Shown here: piece by piece, positions 27,635-35,309 of the stretch
How the letters are laid out: every line of letters begins with the position of its first letter
How positions within the stretch are numbered: the stretch's first letter is position 1
DNA from: Patescibacteria group bacterium
GTDB taxonomy: Bacteria > Patescibacteriota > Patescibacteriia > XYB2-FULL-38-15
Assembly (NCBI GenBank): GCA_041737355.1
Contig: JBGSRW010000004.1
Location: 1 to 57,399, forward strand
Length of the DNA: 57,399 nt
Direction: 5' to 3'
The notes under the pieces: model-generated
Seen by the model: the letters and a program-made list of their open reading frames with translations, nothing else
Databases searched by the model: none
What the model was told of the DNA's origin: nothing
Translations under genes and position numbers: made by a program

Positions 27635-28381
27635 TTAATATTGCAGGCTTTGCTGATATATTTTAAGCAGAGTCTCGTCGTCTATGCTCTGCAGGGTCGC
27701 CTCGTCGATTCCGTTTTTTCTCAAAACTTCCCGGAGTTCCGCGGCGGTAAAATTGGTATTACCCTGGGTGGAAGTATTGGTGTTTGTATTGACATTGACG
27801 GAAGTTCCGTTCTCTTTAACCGTTTCGGCATAAAGCTCGAGAAGAGTTTTATCGTCAAGTTTACCAAGCATTTCTTCGTTCATCCCCGCCTGGCGCAAAG
27901 CGGCCCTTACCTCGTCCGCCGTCGCCTGGCCGGAAAGAATCCCGCTCGTCTCTCCCGTACTTGCAGTCTGGCCTCCGGTATTTATTGCCGGACTCGCCAC
28001 TCCTTCGGAAATCTTTGAACAGGTCTCGCCAGCCGGACAATTCGGGTCGTTCCCCGACTCTATTTCCTGCTTGTCGCCGAATCCGTCCGAATCCGAGTCG
28101 GCAAGATAGGCGCTTGTCCCGTAGATATAAGTCTCGTCGTAATCGAAGAGGCCGTCGCTGTCCGTATCTTTTGTTTTTAAAGCTTCAATTTTTTCGGCAG
28201 CCTGCTGGGCGGTCGATTTCCAGGCGCCTTTTTGTTGCCCATATTTAGCAAAGGGCAAGCTAAGGTATTTTGGATATTGAAAAACAGTCAGCAGAACAAT
28301 AGCAACGCCGCCGATAATCAAAAGCCACATCCCTATTTTCACCCTTTTCTCTTTCCTCGGGTCCAGGATGGTTTCTCCCAT
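27635..28381 (-). CDS. Membrane-anchored protein with thrombospondin-type-3-like (DxDxDG) calcium-binding repeats
   Basis: N-terminal TM helix (MWLLIIGGVAIVLLTVF), repeats DTDSDGLFDYDE and DSDSDGFGDKQE, and a duplicated C-terminal motif (EVRAALRQAGMNEEMLGKLDDKTLLELY / ELREVLRKNGIDEATLQSIDDETLLKIY). Confidence 0.7.
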   Translation of the reverse strand: MGETILDPRKEKRVKIGMWLLIIGGVAIVLLTVFQYPKYLSLPFAKYGQQKGAWKSTAQQAAEKIEALKTKDTDSDGLFDYDETYIYGTSAYLADSDSDGFGDKQEIESGNDPNCPAGETCSKISEGVASPAINTGGQTASTGETSGILSGQATADEVRAALRQAGMNEEMLGKLDDKTLLELYAETVKENGTSVNVNTNTNTSTQGNTNFTAAELREVLRKNGIDEATLQSIDDETLLKIYQQSLQY

Positions 28382-28434
28382 ATTATTATCCTATTATAAC
28401 ACATTGAAAATCAGGCAACAAGCAATCCGGGGAA

Positions 28435-29283
28435 TTAATAACTCTCCAGGGCCAAAGCTAACTTTATCCAGTCGTCTAAAACCAAATCCTGGGCTCTTGC
28501 CTTGGGGTCAAAACCAGTTTTTGATATAACTTGTTTTGCTTCTTCGTCGGAAATCCTCAACCCCGCCGATAAATTGTTATGGAGCTGCTTGCGGCGGGCG
28601 GAAAAACCGATTTTTACAATCCTAAAAAACTTTTCCGGTTCTATTTTTTCTTTATTCTTATCGGAAATCTCCTTAATCCGGGAAATTTTTAAAATTGCCG
28701 AATCAACCGCCGGCTCCGGCCAAAAAAATTTACGGGGAACAATTGCCGCAATTTCAGGATGTCCAAAAAATTGGACCGACAAAGCCAAAATACTCTCTTC
28801 TCCGGCTCCGGCGCAAATACGCTCCGCCACTTCCTTCTGGACCATTACGGTCATTTCGGCCGGCCGCGGCCCGCTTCCCAAAAATTTTTTAAAAATAGCC
28901 GAAGTAATCTGGTAAGGCAGATTGGCAACAATTTTGTATTTATACTCGGCCAGTTTTAAATTTAAAATTTGCGAGGTCAAAATATCGTCTTCCACGATCT
29001 CCAAGTTGTCCCGGTCGGCCATAATTTTCCGCAAAGCCTTCGCTATCTTCCGGTCGGTCTCAACCGCAACCACCCTCTTCGCGCGCCCCGCTAGTTCATT
29101 GGTCAGCACGCCAAGGCCGGGACCAATTTCCAAAATCTCGTCATTTTTATCAAGACTCGCGGTTTCCACAATTTTATCGAGCGTTTCCCGGCTGATTAAA
29201 AAATTCTGTCCCCTTTCTTTCGCGGGTTTGGCCCCGTATTCCCCCAAAATGCTTTTTATAACTTCCGGCGAGGTTAAATCCAT
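28435..29283 (-). CDS. rsmA: 16S rRNA (adenine1518/1519-N6)-dimethyltransferase
   Basis: GQNFL motif, SAM-binding EIGPGLGVLT, and ANLPYQITS. Confidence 0.9.
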   Translation of the reverse strand: MDLTSPEVIKSILGEYGAKPAKERGQNFLISRETLDKIVETASLDKNDEILEIGPGLGVLTNELAGRAKRVVAVETDRKIAKALRKIMADRDNLEIVEDDILTSQILNLKLAEYKYKIVANLPYQITSAIFKKFLGSGPRPAEMTVMVQKEVAERICAGAGEESILALSVQFFGHPEIAAIVPRKFFWPEPAVDSAILKISRIKEISDKNKEKIEPEKFFRIVKIGFSARRKQLHNNLSAGLRISDEEAKQVISKTGFDPKARAQDLVLDDWIKLALALESY

Positions 29284-29284
29284 A

Positions 29285-30436
29285 TTAAATCAAGGCGTAA
29301 AGCAGGGTCATGACCGCCCCGAGAATAAAAATAGCTATCCAGTTTCCGGGGAAAAAATAAAGTATCGCGAGAGCGATGAGACTGACAATAATTTTCCCGA
29401 TCACAAGCGCCATCTGGAAAAAGACGACCGAATTCATCACGCTCGTTTTTTTCGCTTCTTCGTAGGTAATGGCCGCGAGCGGCACGCCTATAGTCCTTCT
29501 TGAAATTCTATAGAGCGCGTCGGTCATAAAAATTCCGACGCCGGAAACCACGAGGGTCCTCATTAACCATGTAAAAAAAGTGAAAATAACTCCTATTTTT
29601 AAAACTTCGTGCCTTGACTCCTCGTCGGTCACCCGTCCTATGTACAAAGTTAAAATTGTCGCCACAAAAACGGAGGCGGAAATGAGAAAACCGATCGAGG
29701 CGTATTCTTTTATCGCCAAAAAAATAAAAATCGGCCAAAGATATCCGGCAAGATGCTCCTCGCCAAATCCCATACAGGAAAAAAGTTTCCGGCGATTCTC
29801 CGGCTTGACCAGCCGCTTCATCGCGTCGCCGTAAGAAAAAGGGACTGGCTGAAATTTTTCCGGCGTCAGAAGAAGCGGAATGTTTGAAATTAAAATAAGG
29901 AATATCGCGATGATGAACAGAACTTTAAAACCGGCGGCGGCGATAACAAGGCCTCCGAAAGCCGGACCAAGAATCATCACTACCGAATCCCAAACTACGA
30001 GATTGGAAATTTCCCTACCACGCTTGCCATCTTGCCCGAAGCGGGCAAAATCGGCGTGATATCCAGGCCAATAAAGCATTTTTTGCAAGGCCAGGGCGAC
30101 AACCGCGCAAACGATGAAAAACGGATGGTACGGTATCGCAAAAAGCGAAACAAAATATAAAATTAAAAAAGGAGTGCTGAAGAGAATACTGTGTTCGTAT
30201 CCCCGGCTTCTGGCAATTTTACCTCCAAGCGGAACCAACAAAAAATACAGTCCGTAAACGGCGATAAAAAAAAGGATTATCTGGGAGACGGAAAATCCTA
30301 CGGTATAAAGATAAATTGGTTCGAAAACCCCGACGGCCGAAATCGCAAAATCCAAAATAGCCGTTGACCAAAAAAGCTCCTTCAGCTCGCGCGACAGGCC
30401 GTCGGCAAAATATCTGTGATAAAAAGATTGAAACAT
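29285..30436 (-). CDS. MFS-type transporter
   Basis: 383 aa and almost entirely hydrophobic, with about 10-12 predicted helices and a cytoplasmic loop GKIARSRGYE resembling the MFS loop 2-3 motif. Confidence 0.6.
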   Translation of the reverse strand: MFQSFYHRYFADGLSRELKELFWSTAILDFAISAVGVFEPIYLYTVGFSVSQIILFFIAVYGLYFLLVPLGGKIARSRGYEHSILFSTPFLILYFVSLFAIPYHPFFIVCAVVALALQKMLYWPGYHADFARFGQDGKRGREISNLVVWDSVVMILGPAFGGLVIAAAGFKVLFIIAIFLILISNIPLLLTPEKFQPVPFSYGDAMKRLVKPENRRKLFSCMGFGEEHLAGYLWPIFIFLAIKEYASIGFLISASVFVATILTLYIGRVTDEESRHEVLKIGVIFTFFTWLMRTLVVSGVGIFMTDALYRISRRTIGVPLAAITYEEAKKTSVMNSVVFFQMALVIGKIIVSLIALAILYFFPGNWIAIFILGAVMTLLYALI

Positions 30437-30492
30437 AATTCTCGCAACTTAAGACTTGCTACGCTTTAATATTTACCGTCGCGTGCTAGGCC

Positions 30493-31446
30493 TTACGACC
30501 TTCTCAATCTGAACCAATCTACGGTTTTCCCAAGGCCGTCGTCAAGTTTCACTCCAGGCCTCCATCCCAACTCGCGGCTTATTTTCCCGGCATCCAGACT
30601 GCTTCTTTTCTGCTCGCCGGGCGCAAGGGCAGTCGCTTTATTTTTTTGTCCGATTGGCGAACCATGAATTTCGCGCGCTGCCGCGCCGGTCAGTTGTTTT
30701 AATTTTTTAAAAAGATAAATAACGTCGGTTTCCTTGCCCGTTCCGACATTGTAAGATCCTACCTTTTTTGATTTCAGCGCGAGAAGATTCGCTCTGACCA
30801 CGTCGCCGATATAAACATAATCCCTGGTTTGCCGGCCGCTCCCGAAGATTACCGGCTGCTCTCCAGAAAACATTTTATTGATAAAAATGGCGATCACTCC
30901 GGCTTCGCCGTGCGGATTCTGGCGCGGGCCGTAAACATTGGCCATTCGGAGGGCGACGTAAGGAATCCCGTACATTTTCCAAAAATAGTGTAAATACATT
31001 TCAGCTGAAATTTTCGCCGCGCCGTATGGAGAAACCGGCAGGGCAAATTTATTTTCGGGGGTAGGAAGAACGGTCTCTTCGGAGGATATGGCCCCGCCGC
31101 TTGAGGCGAAAATTATTTTTTTTACCTTAACCGCGGCGGCATTTTGTAAAATATTTATTGTCCCGAGAACATTTACTCCGGCGTCGAACATCGGATCGCG
31201 TACTGAAGTTCTTGTATCTATCTGGGCCGCGTAATGAAACACAACCTGCGGTTTTTCTTTTTTGAAAATTTCCGAGATTTTTCTATTGCGAATATCCAGT
31301 TTATAAAATTTTGCCTTGGGATTAAGATTTACTTTCTTCCCCCGCGATAAATTGTCTATTACGACAACGCGGTGCCCCTCGGCCACTAAAGCGTCAACGA
31401 TGTTGGACCCGATAAATCCGGCTCCGCCGGTAACCAGAATTTTCAT
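30493..31446 (-). CDS. NAD-dependent NDP-sugar epimerase/dehydratase (GalE-like SDR)
   Basis: Rossmann motif MKILVTGGAGFIGSN and catalytic YGAAK (YxxxK). The length is typical of extended SDRs. Confidence 0.85.
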   Translation of the reverse strand: MKILVTGGAGFIGSNIVDALVAEGHRVVVIDNLSRGKKVNLNPKAKFYKLDIRNRKISEIFKKEKPQVVFHYAAQIDTRTSVRDPMFDAGVNVLGTINILQNAAAVKVKKIIFASSGGAISSEETVLPTPENKFALPVSPYGAAKISAEMYLHYFWKMYGIPYVALRMANVYGPRQNPHGEAGVIAIFINKMFSGEQPVIFGSGRQTRDYVYIGDVVRANLLALKSKKVGSYNVGTGKETDVIYLFKKLKQLTGAAAREIHGSPIGQKNKATALAPGEQKRSSLDAGKISRELGWRPGVKLDDGLGKTVDWFRLRRS

Positions 31447-31471
31447 AAAAACGAAAATTAAAATTAAAAAA

Positions 31472-32572
31472 CTATGTTTGTTTTTTCCATTTCAAAAAAC
31501 TTTCGGCGAAAGGCTCAAGGTCTCCGTCCAGAACCCCTTCTGCGTCCGCTGTTTCATATTTTGTCCGGTGGTCTTTAACCATTTTATATGGCTGGAGAAC
31601 ATAGGAACGGATTTGATTTCCCCAGGCGGCCAGAACCCCGGCCCTTAGCTTATCGATCTCCTTGGCTTTAGTCTCTTCCTGCAGCCGAAAAATTTTGGCC
31701 TTCAATATTTTCAGAGCCGTTTCTTTATTTTGGGCTTGCGACCTCTCGCGCTGGCAGCTTACAGTAAGACCTGTCGGCATATGAACCACCCTGACGGCCG
31801 AGTAAGTTGTCTGGACGCTTTGTCCGCCGTGACCGCTCGACAAAAAAGTATCTATCCGGATATCTTTAGGATCCAGAACTATTTCCGGGATATCTTCAAT
31901 CTCTGGTAGAACCTCAACGAGCGCGAACGAGGTATGGCGCATTTTTTCCGCGTCAAATGGAGAAATACGCACCAGCCGGTGCACGCCGGCCTCGCTCCGG
32001 AGCCATCCGTAGGCCATTTTACCCGAAACTTTTACCGTTATGCTTTTTATTCCCGCCTCGGTTCCCCGCGTTTCATCCAAAATCGCCGTCTCCCATCCCT
32101 TCTTTTCAAAAGAACGAAAATACATCCTTAGAAGCATGGCTACCCAATCCTGGGCTTCCGTCCCTCCGGTTCCCGCGTGGATGCTCAAAATCGCATTATG
32201 CCGATCGTACGGTCCGGAAAATAAAATCGAAAACTCAAGCTTTTTAAACTGGGACAAAAGTTCTTCGTATCTTTTCTCTATCTCTTCCCGGAGATTGACT
32301 GTTTGATCTTTTTCATCGAGACGCGCCAACTCCAGAATATCCCCTACTTCCTTTTTCAAACCGTCCCAGACGGCAATCTCTTCCTTAAAATCGTTCAATT
32401 TTTGGCTGACGGTTTTCGCTTTTTCGGGATCTTTCCAAAATTCCGGTTTTACCGTTTCGGCTTCCAGTTTTTCCGCTTCCCCCCTGTTCTTTTCCAGGTT
32501 TAAAAGAATCCGGGCATTTTCTATATTGCCCCCCAGGTTCTTTATATTACTGACCAGTTCGTCCATTTTCAT
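31472..32572 (-). CDS. prfB: Peptide chain release factor 2, encoded without a programmed frameshift
   Basis: SPF tripeptide anticodon motif (RISPFD) and GGQ motif (SGHGGQSVQ). A single uninterrupted 366-codon ORF includes the N-terminal region. Confidence 0.9.
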   Translation of the reverse strand: MKMDELVSNIKNLGGNIENARILLNLEKNRGEAEKLEAETVKPEFWKDPEKAKTVSQKLNDFKEEIAVWDGLKKEVGDILELARLDEKDQTVNLREEIEKRYEELLSQFKKLEFSILFSGPYDRHNAILSIHAGTGGTEAQDWVAMLLRMYFRSFEKKGWETAILDETRGTEAGIKSITVKVSGKMAYGWLRSEAGVHRLVRISPFDAEKMRHTSFALVEVLPEIEDIPEIVLDPKDIRIDTFLSSGHGGQSVQTTYSAVRVVHMPTGLTVSCQRERSQAQNKETALKILKAKIFRLQEETKAKEIDKLRAGVLAAWGNQIRSYVLQPYKMVKDHRTKYETADAEGVLDGDLEPFAESFLKWKKQT

Positions 32573-32607
32573 TTTTTATCTCCCCCGGTTTATTGATTTA
32601 AATAATT

Positions 32608-33861
32608 CTAATCCTTGTATTCGGCAAGTTTTACTTTCACGGTTTTTTCCTCACCTTTATGCCAAACCAAAAGAACAATTTCTTCCTCTGGCCTGAAGGA
32701 GCCTACCATTCTTGCCAAGGGATGTTCTTCATCTATTTTTTCCCCGTTGATCTCGAGAATAATATCGTTTTCCAGAAGTCCGGCCTTGTCCGCCGGAGAG
32801 CCGGGAGATACGGCAAACTGCGTTTCGTTTTTACCGCGGACAATCAACGCCCCGTAATCAACTTCAATCTTATTCGCCTTGGCAATCTCCTTATTGAGGA
32901 TAACATATCGGACGCCGAGATATGGCCGAACGATTTTTCCGTATTGCTTTACGCTTTCAATCGCCTGTTTGGCGGCATTGATCGGAATGGCAAAACCGAT
33001 TAATTGGCCTCCTTGATTCATGGCCGTATTAATACCTATAACCTGCCCCGCCAAGTTAATCAGCGGCCCTCCTGAATTCCCGGGATTGATCGCCGCGTCG
33101 GTCTGGATCGCTTCTTCAATCACTTCCGAGCCCCCCTGCAGGTCGCCGGCGACCACTCTTCTTCCCGTGCCGGAAATTACGCCCTTGGTCACTGTGTTAC
33201 GATACTCGCCAAGGGAATTTCCTATGGCAATAACCGTTTGGCCAAGCTCTATTTTATCCGAGTCCCCCAATTCAACTGTCGGTAAATTGTCGGCTTCAAT
33301 CTTCAAAACGGCGATATCCAAAAAAGGATCGGCCGCAATAATTTTTGCGTTGTATTTTTTTTCGTCGTTGGTAACGACCGTGTATTCAGCCTCCTGATCG
33401 GAAGCCACATGTTTGTTTGTCACAACCAAACCGTCCTTGGTAATAATAAAGCCCGTACCCCCTCCGACTTCCTGCTTGCCTCCTTCTGCGCTATTCCCCG
33501 GCTGAGGCGAACCAAAACCGAAAGGAGATTCAAAAAAATCAGGGAATGAAAAAATGTTCGAACCGGTTGAATTGTAAAGTTTGCTTAAATCTTTTGAGAT
33601 TATGATTGAAACAACCGCGGGAGAAACTTCTTTTACGACGGTAGTCGTAGCGGATTCCTCGATTACTGCCTGCCTGGCTGCTTCCTCCTCCGGCGCTTTT
33701 TTCGCTTCATCCGCAATCTGGCCTAAAAAATTTTTCTGAAACCACGGAACAATATGGCTCTTTCCATAAACGCCTCCGACAATTCCGCCTGCTCCTCCGA
33801 AAAGCAATCCCGCCAGAGCGGCTACGGCAATAATTTTTTGCATTGTTTTATCTTGAGACAT
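32608..33861 (-). CDS. HtrA/DegP-family serine protease with a PDZ domain
   Basis: Catalytic triad context TNKHV / DIAVLKI / GNSGGPL, a C-terminal PDZ domain and an N-terminal TM anchor. ATG at 33861 is preferred to the upstream alternative start at 33915. Confidence 0.9.
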   Translation of the reverse strand: MSQDKTMQKIIAVAALAGLLFGGAGGIVGGVYGKSHIVPWFQKNFLGQIADEAKKAPEEEAARQAVIEESATTTVVKEVSPAVVSIIISKDLSKLYNSTGSNIFSFPDFFESPFGFGSPQPGNSAEGGKQEVGGGTGFIITKDGLVVTNKHVASDQEAEYTVVTNDEKKYNAKIIAADPFLDIAVLKIEADNLPTVELGDSDKIELGQTVIAIGNSLGEYRNTVTKGVISGTGRRVVAGDLQGGSEVIEEAIQTDAAINPGNSGGPLINLAGQVIGINTAMNQGGQLIGFAIPINAAKQAIESVKQYGKIVRPYLGVRYVILNKEIAKANKIEVDYGALIVRGKNETQFAVSPGSPADKAGLLENDIILEINGEKIDEEHPLARMVGSFRPEEEIVLLVWHKGEEKTVKVKLAEYKD

Positions 33862-33944
33862 ATTTTTTTGTTTAAGCAACGCGCAACCATTAACGAGTAA
33901 CGCGCAATCGGCCACTTGCCAATGACTAACGCGTCCCTATTTTA

Positions 33945-34244
33945 TTACTTAACTTTTAAAAAATGTTTTTCAAAATCGACGATTTTTCCGTCCGCCACTT
34001 TTACGCCTTCCCGCCCGAGCAACAACATTTTATTTTTTATCCCGCCGGAATAACCGCCCAATCTCCCGTCCGACATAACAACCCTGTGGCAGGGAACGAT
34101 TATTGGCCTGGGATTGGCTCCTACCGCCCGGCCAACCGCCCGCGGCCCGCTTTTAAGCTTTTCGGCAATTGCCTTGTATGTTGTTACCCGTCCCCTTTTT
34201 ATTTTTGATACTAAAAATAACACTTTTTGCTGGAATAAGCTCAT
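33945..34244 (-). CDS. ogt: Methylated-DNA--protein-cysteine methyltransferase (DNA-binding/active-site domain only)
   Basis: Active-site PCHRVV followed by GGYSGG. It is short (about 99 aa from the ATG at 34244), so it has no N-terminal domain. Confidence 0.85.
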   Translation of the reverse strand: MSLFQQKVLFLVSKIKRGRVTTYKAIAEKLKSGPRAVGRAVGANPRPIIVPCHRVVMSDGRLGGYSGGIKNKMLLLGREGVKVADGKIVDFEKHFLKVK

Positions 34245-34300
34245 CTTTATTATACCAAAATTAAGCAAAAATTATAGGCCCGCCCAAACAGCGCGCGTTG

Positions 34301-35011
34301 TCACTCCCTAACCTCGCAAATTTCAAAAAATCCTTTTATTTTATCTTTTATTGTTTTCAAAAAATCCTCCGGATAGGGCTTTATATCCCCGCATTCCTTA
34401 TCTAATATTTTTTTTCCGGGACGGAATTGCTGCAGAAAATACTTCTTCGCTCCGCGGATAGAATCGGCAATGCATAAAATATCTTCTTCTGCGTGCAGCC
34501 CGGGCACGACCGTTGTCCGGAATTCGTAATCCACGCCGCTGTCCATAATCAATTTGATTGTCTTTTTGATCTTTTCGACATCAGCTTCGATCCTGACGAC
34601 TTTGCTGTAGGTAACCACGTCTTGAAGGCGGGTTTTAATATCCATCGCAAAATAATCGACGGCCTTGCCCTCAATCAGCGACGAAACAACTCCGGGATTT
34701 GTCCCATTGGTGTCGAGCTTTACCAAAAATCCCATTTTTTTTATTTTTTTTATAAACTCGGGCAGATCGGAATGAAGCGTCGGCTCCCCGCCGGTGATAC
34801 AAACCCCGTCGAGCAGGCTCTTTCTCGATTCCAGAAAAGAAAAAAAATCTTTTTCATCTATTATTTCCGACAATTTTAAACCGGCCGGATCGACAAGTTC
34901 GGGATTATGGCAGAAGGGACAACGGAAATTGCAGCCAACCGTAAAAACAGTGCAAGCTATTTTGCCCGGGAAGTCGATAAGGGTTAATTTTTGTAAACCG
35001 CCGATGGTCAT
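34301..35011 (-). CDS. nrdG: Anaerobic ribonucleoside-triphosphate reductase activating protein (radical SAM)
   Basis: CxxxCxxC cluster CNFRCPFCHN, GGEP motif (ITGGEPT), and position next to nrdD. Confidence 0.9.
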   Translation of the reverse strand: MTIGGLQKLTLIDFPGKIACTVFTVGCNFRCPFCHNPELVDPAGLKLSEIIDEKDFFSFLESRKSLLDGVCITGGEPTLHSDLPEFIKKIKKMGFLVKLDTNGTNPGVVSSLIEGKAVDYFAMDIKTRLQDVVTYSKVVRIEADVEKIKKTIKLIMDSGVDYEFRTTVVPGLHAEEDILCIADSIRGAKKYFLQQFRPGKKILDKECGDIKPYPEDFLKTIKDKIKGFFEICEVRE

Positions 35012-35035
35012 ATCAAAAATAGTTTAACATAAAAC

Positions 35036-35060
35036 GCGGCAACCTTCAAGGTTGCCGCGC
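35036..35060 (-). terminator. Perfect 10-bp GC-rich hairpin between the glycyl-radical mini-ORF and nrdG (possible attenuator or terminator)
   Basis: CGCGGCAACC (35036-35045) pairs with GGTTGCCGCG (35051-35060) around a 5-nt loop. On the minus strand it is followed by GTTTTATGTT, a weak U-tract. It ends only about 25 nt before the nrdG ATG. Confidence 0.4.
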
Positions 35061-35080
35061 CGTATCCTTTTTACCTTGTC

Positions 35081-35212
35081 TTATTTATTCTCGATCTGCT
35101 TGTTGTACTCTTGCCTCTCCGCGAATTCAGCTTGTTTCCCGTCATTCCATTGGCTGACGGGACGAAGATATCCGACAACCCGCGAATAAACTTCGCACGG
35201 CTGTCTTTTCAT
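35081..35212 (-). CDS. 43-codon ORF encoding the class III RNR glycyl-radical C-terminal motif
   Basis: My own translation of the minus strand gives MKRQPCEVYSRVVGYLRPVSQWNDGKQAEFAERQEYNKQIENK*. It contains the RVxGY glycyl-radical signature and the NxGKxxE tail normally found at the extreme C-terminus of NrdD. GGAGG lies 8 nt upstream of the ATG at 35212, and an in-frame ATG also exists at 35227. The ORF is too short to appear in the supplied ORF track. Confidence 0.65.
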   Translation of the reverse strand: MKRQPCEVYSRVVGYLRPVSQWNDGKQAEFAERQEYNKQIENK

Positions 35213-35309
35213 TTCTTTCGCCTCCATATATTTTTCTTGCTTGAGCTCCCCTGCCCCCGCGGGGCAAAGTTACCTCTCGCAATATTATTTATAAAAAATA
35301 TTTTATACT

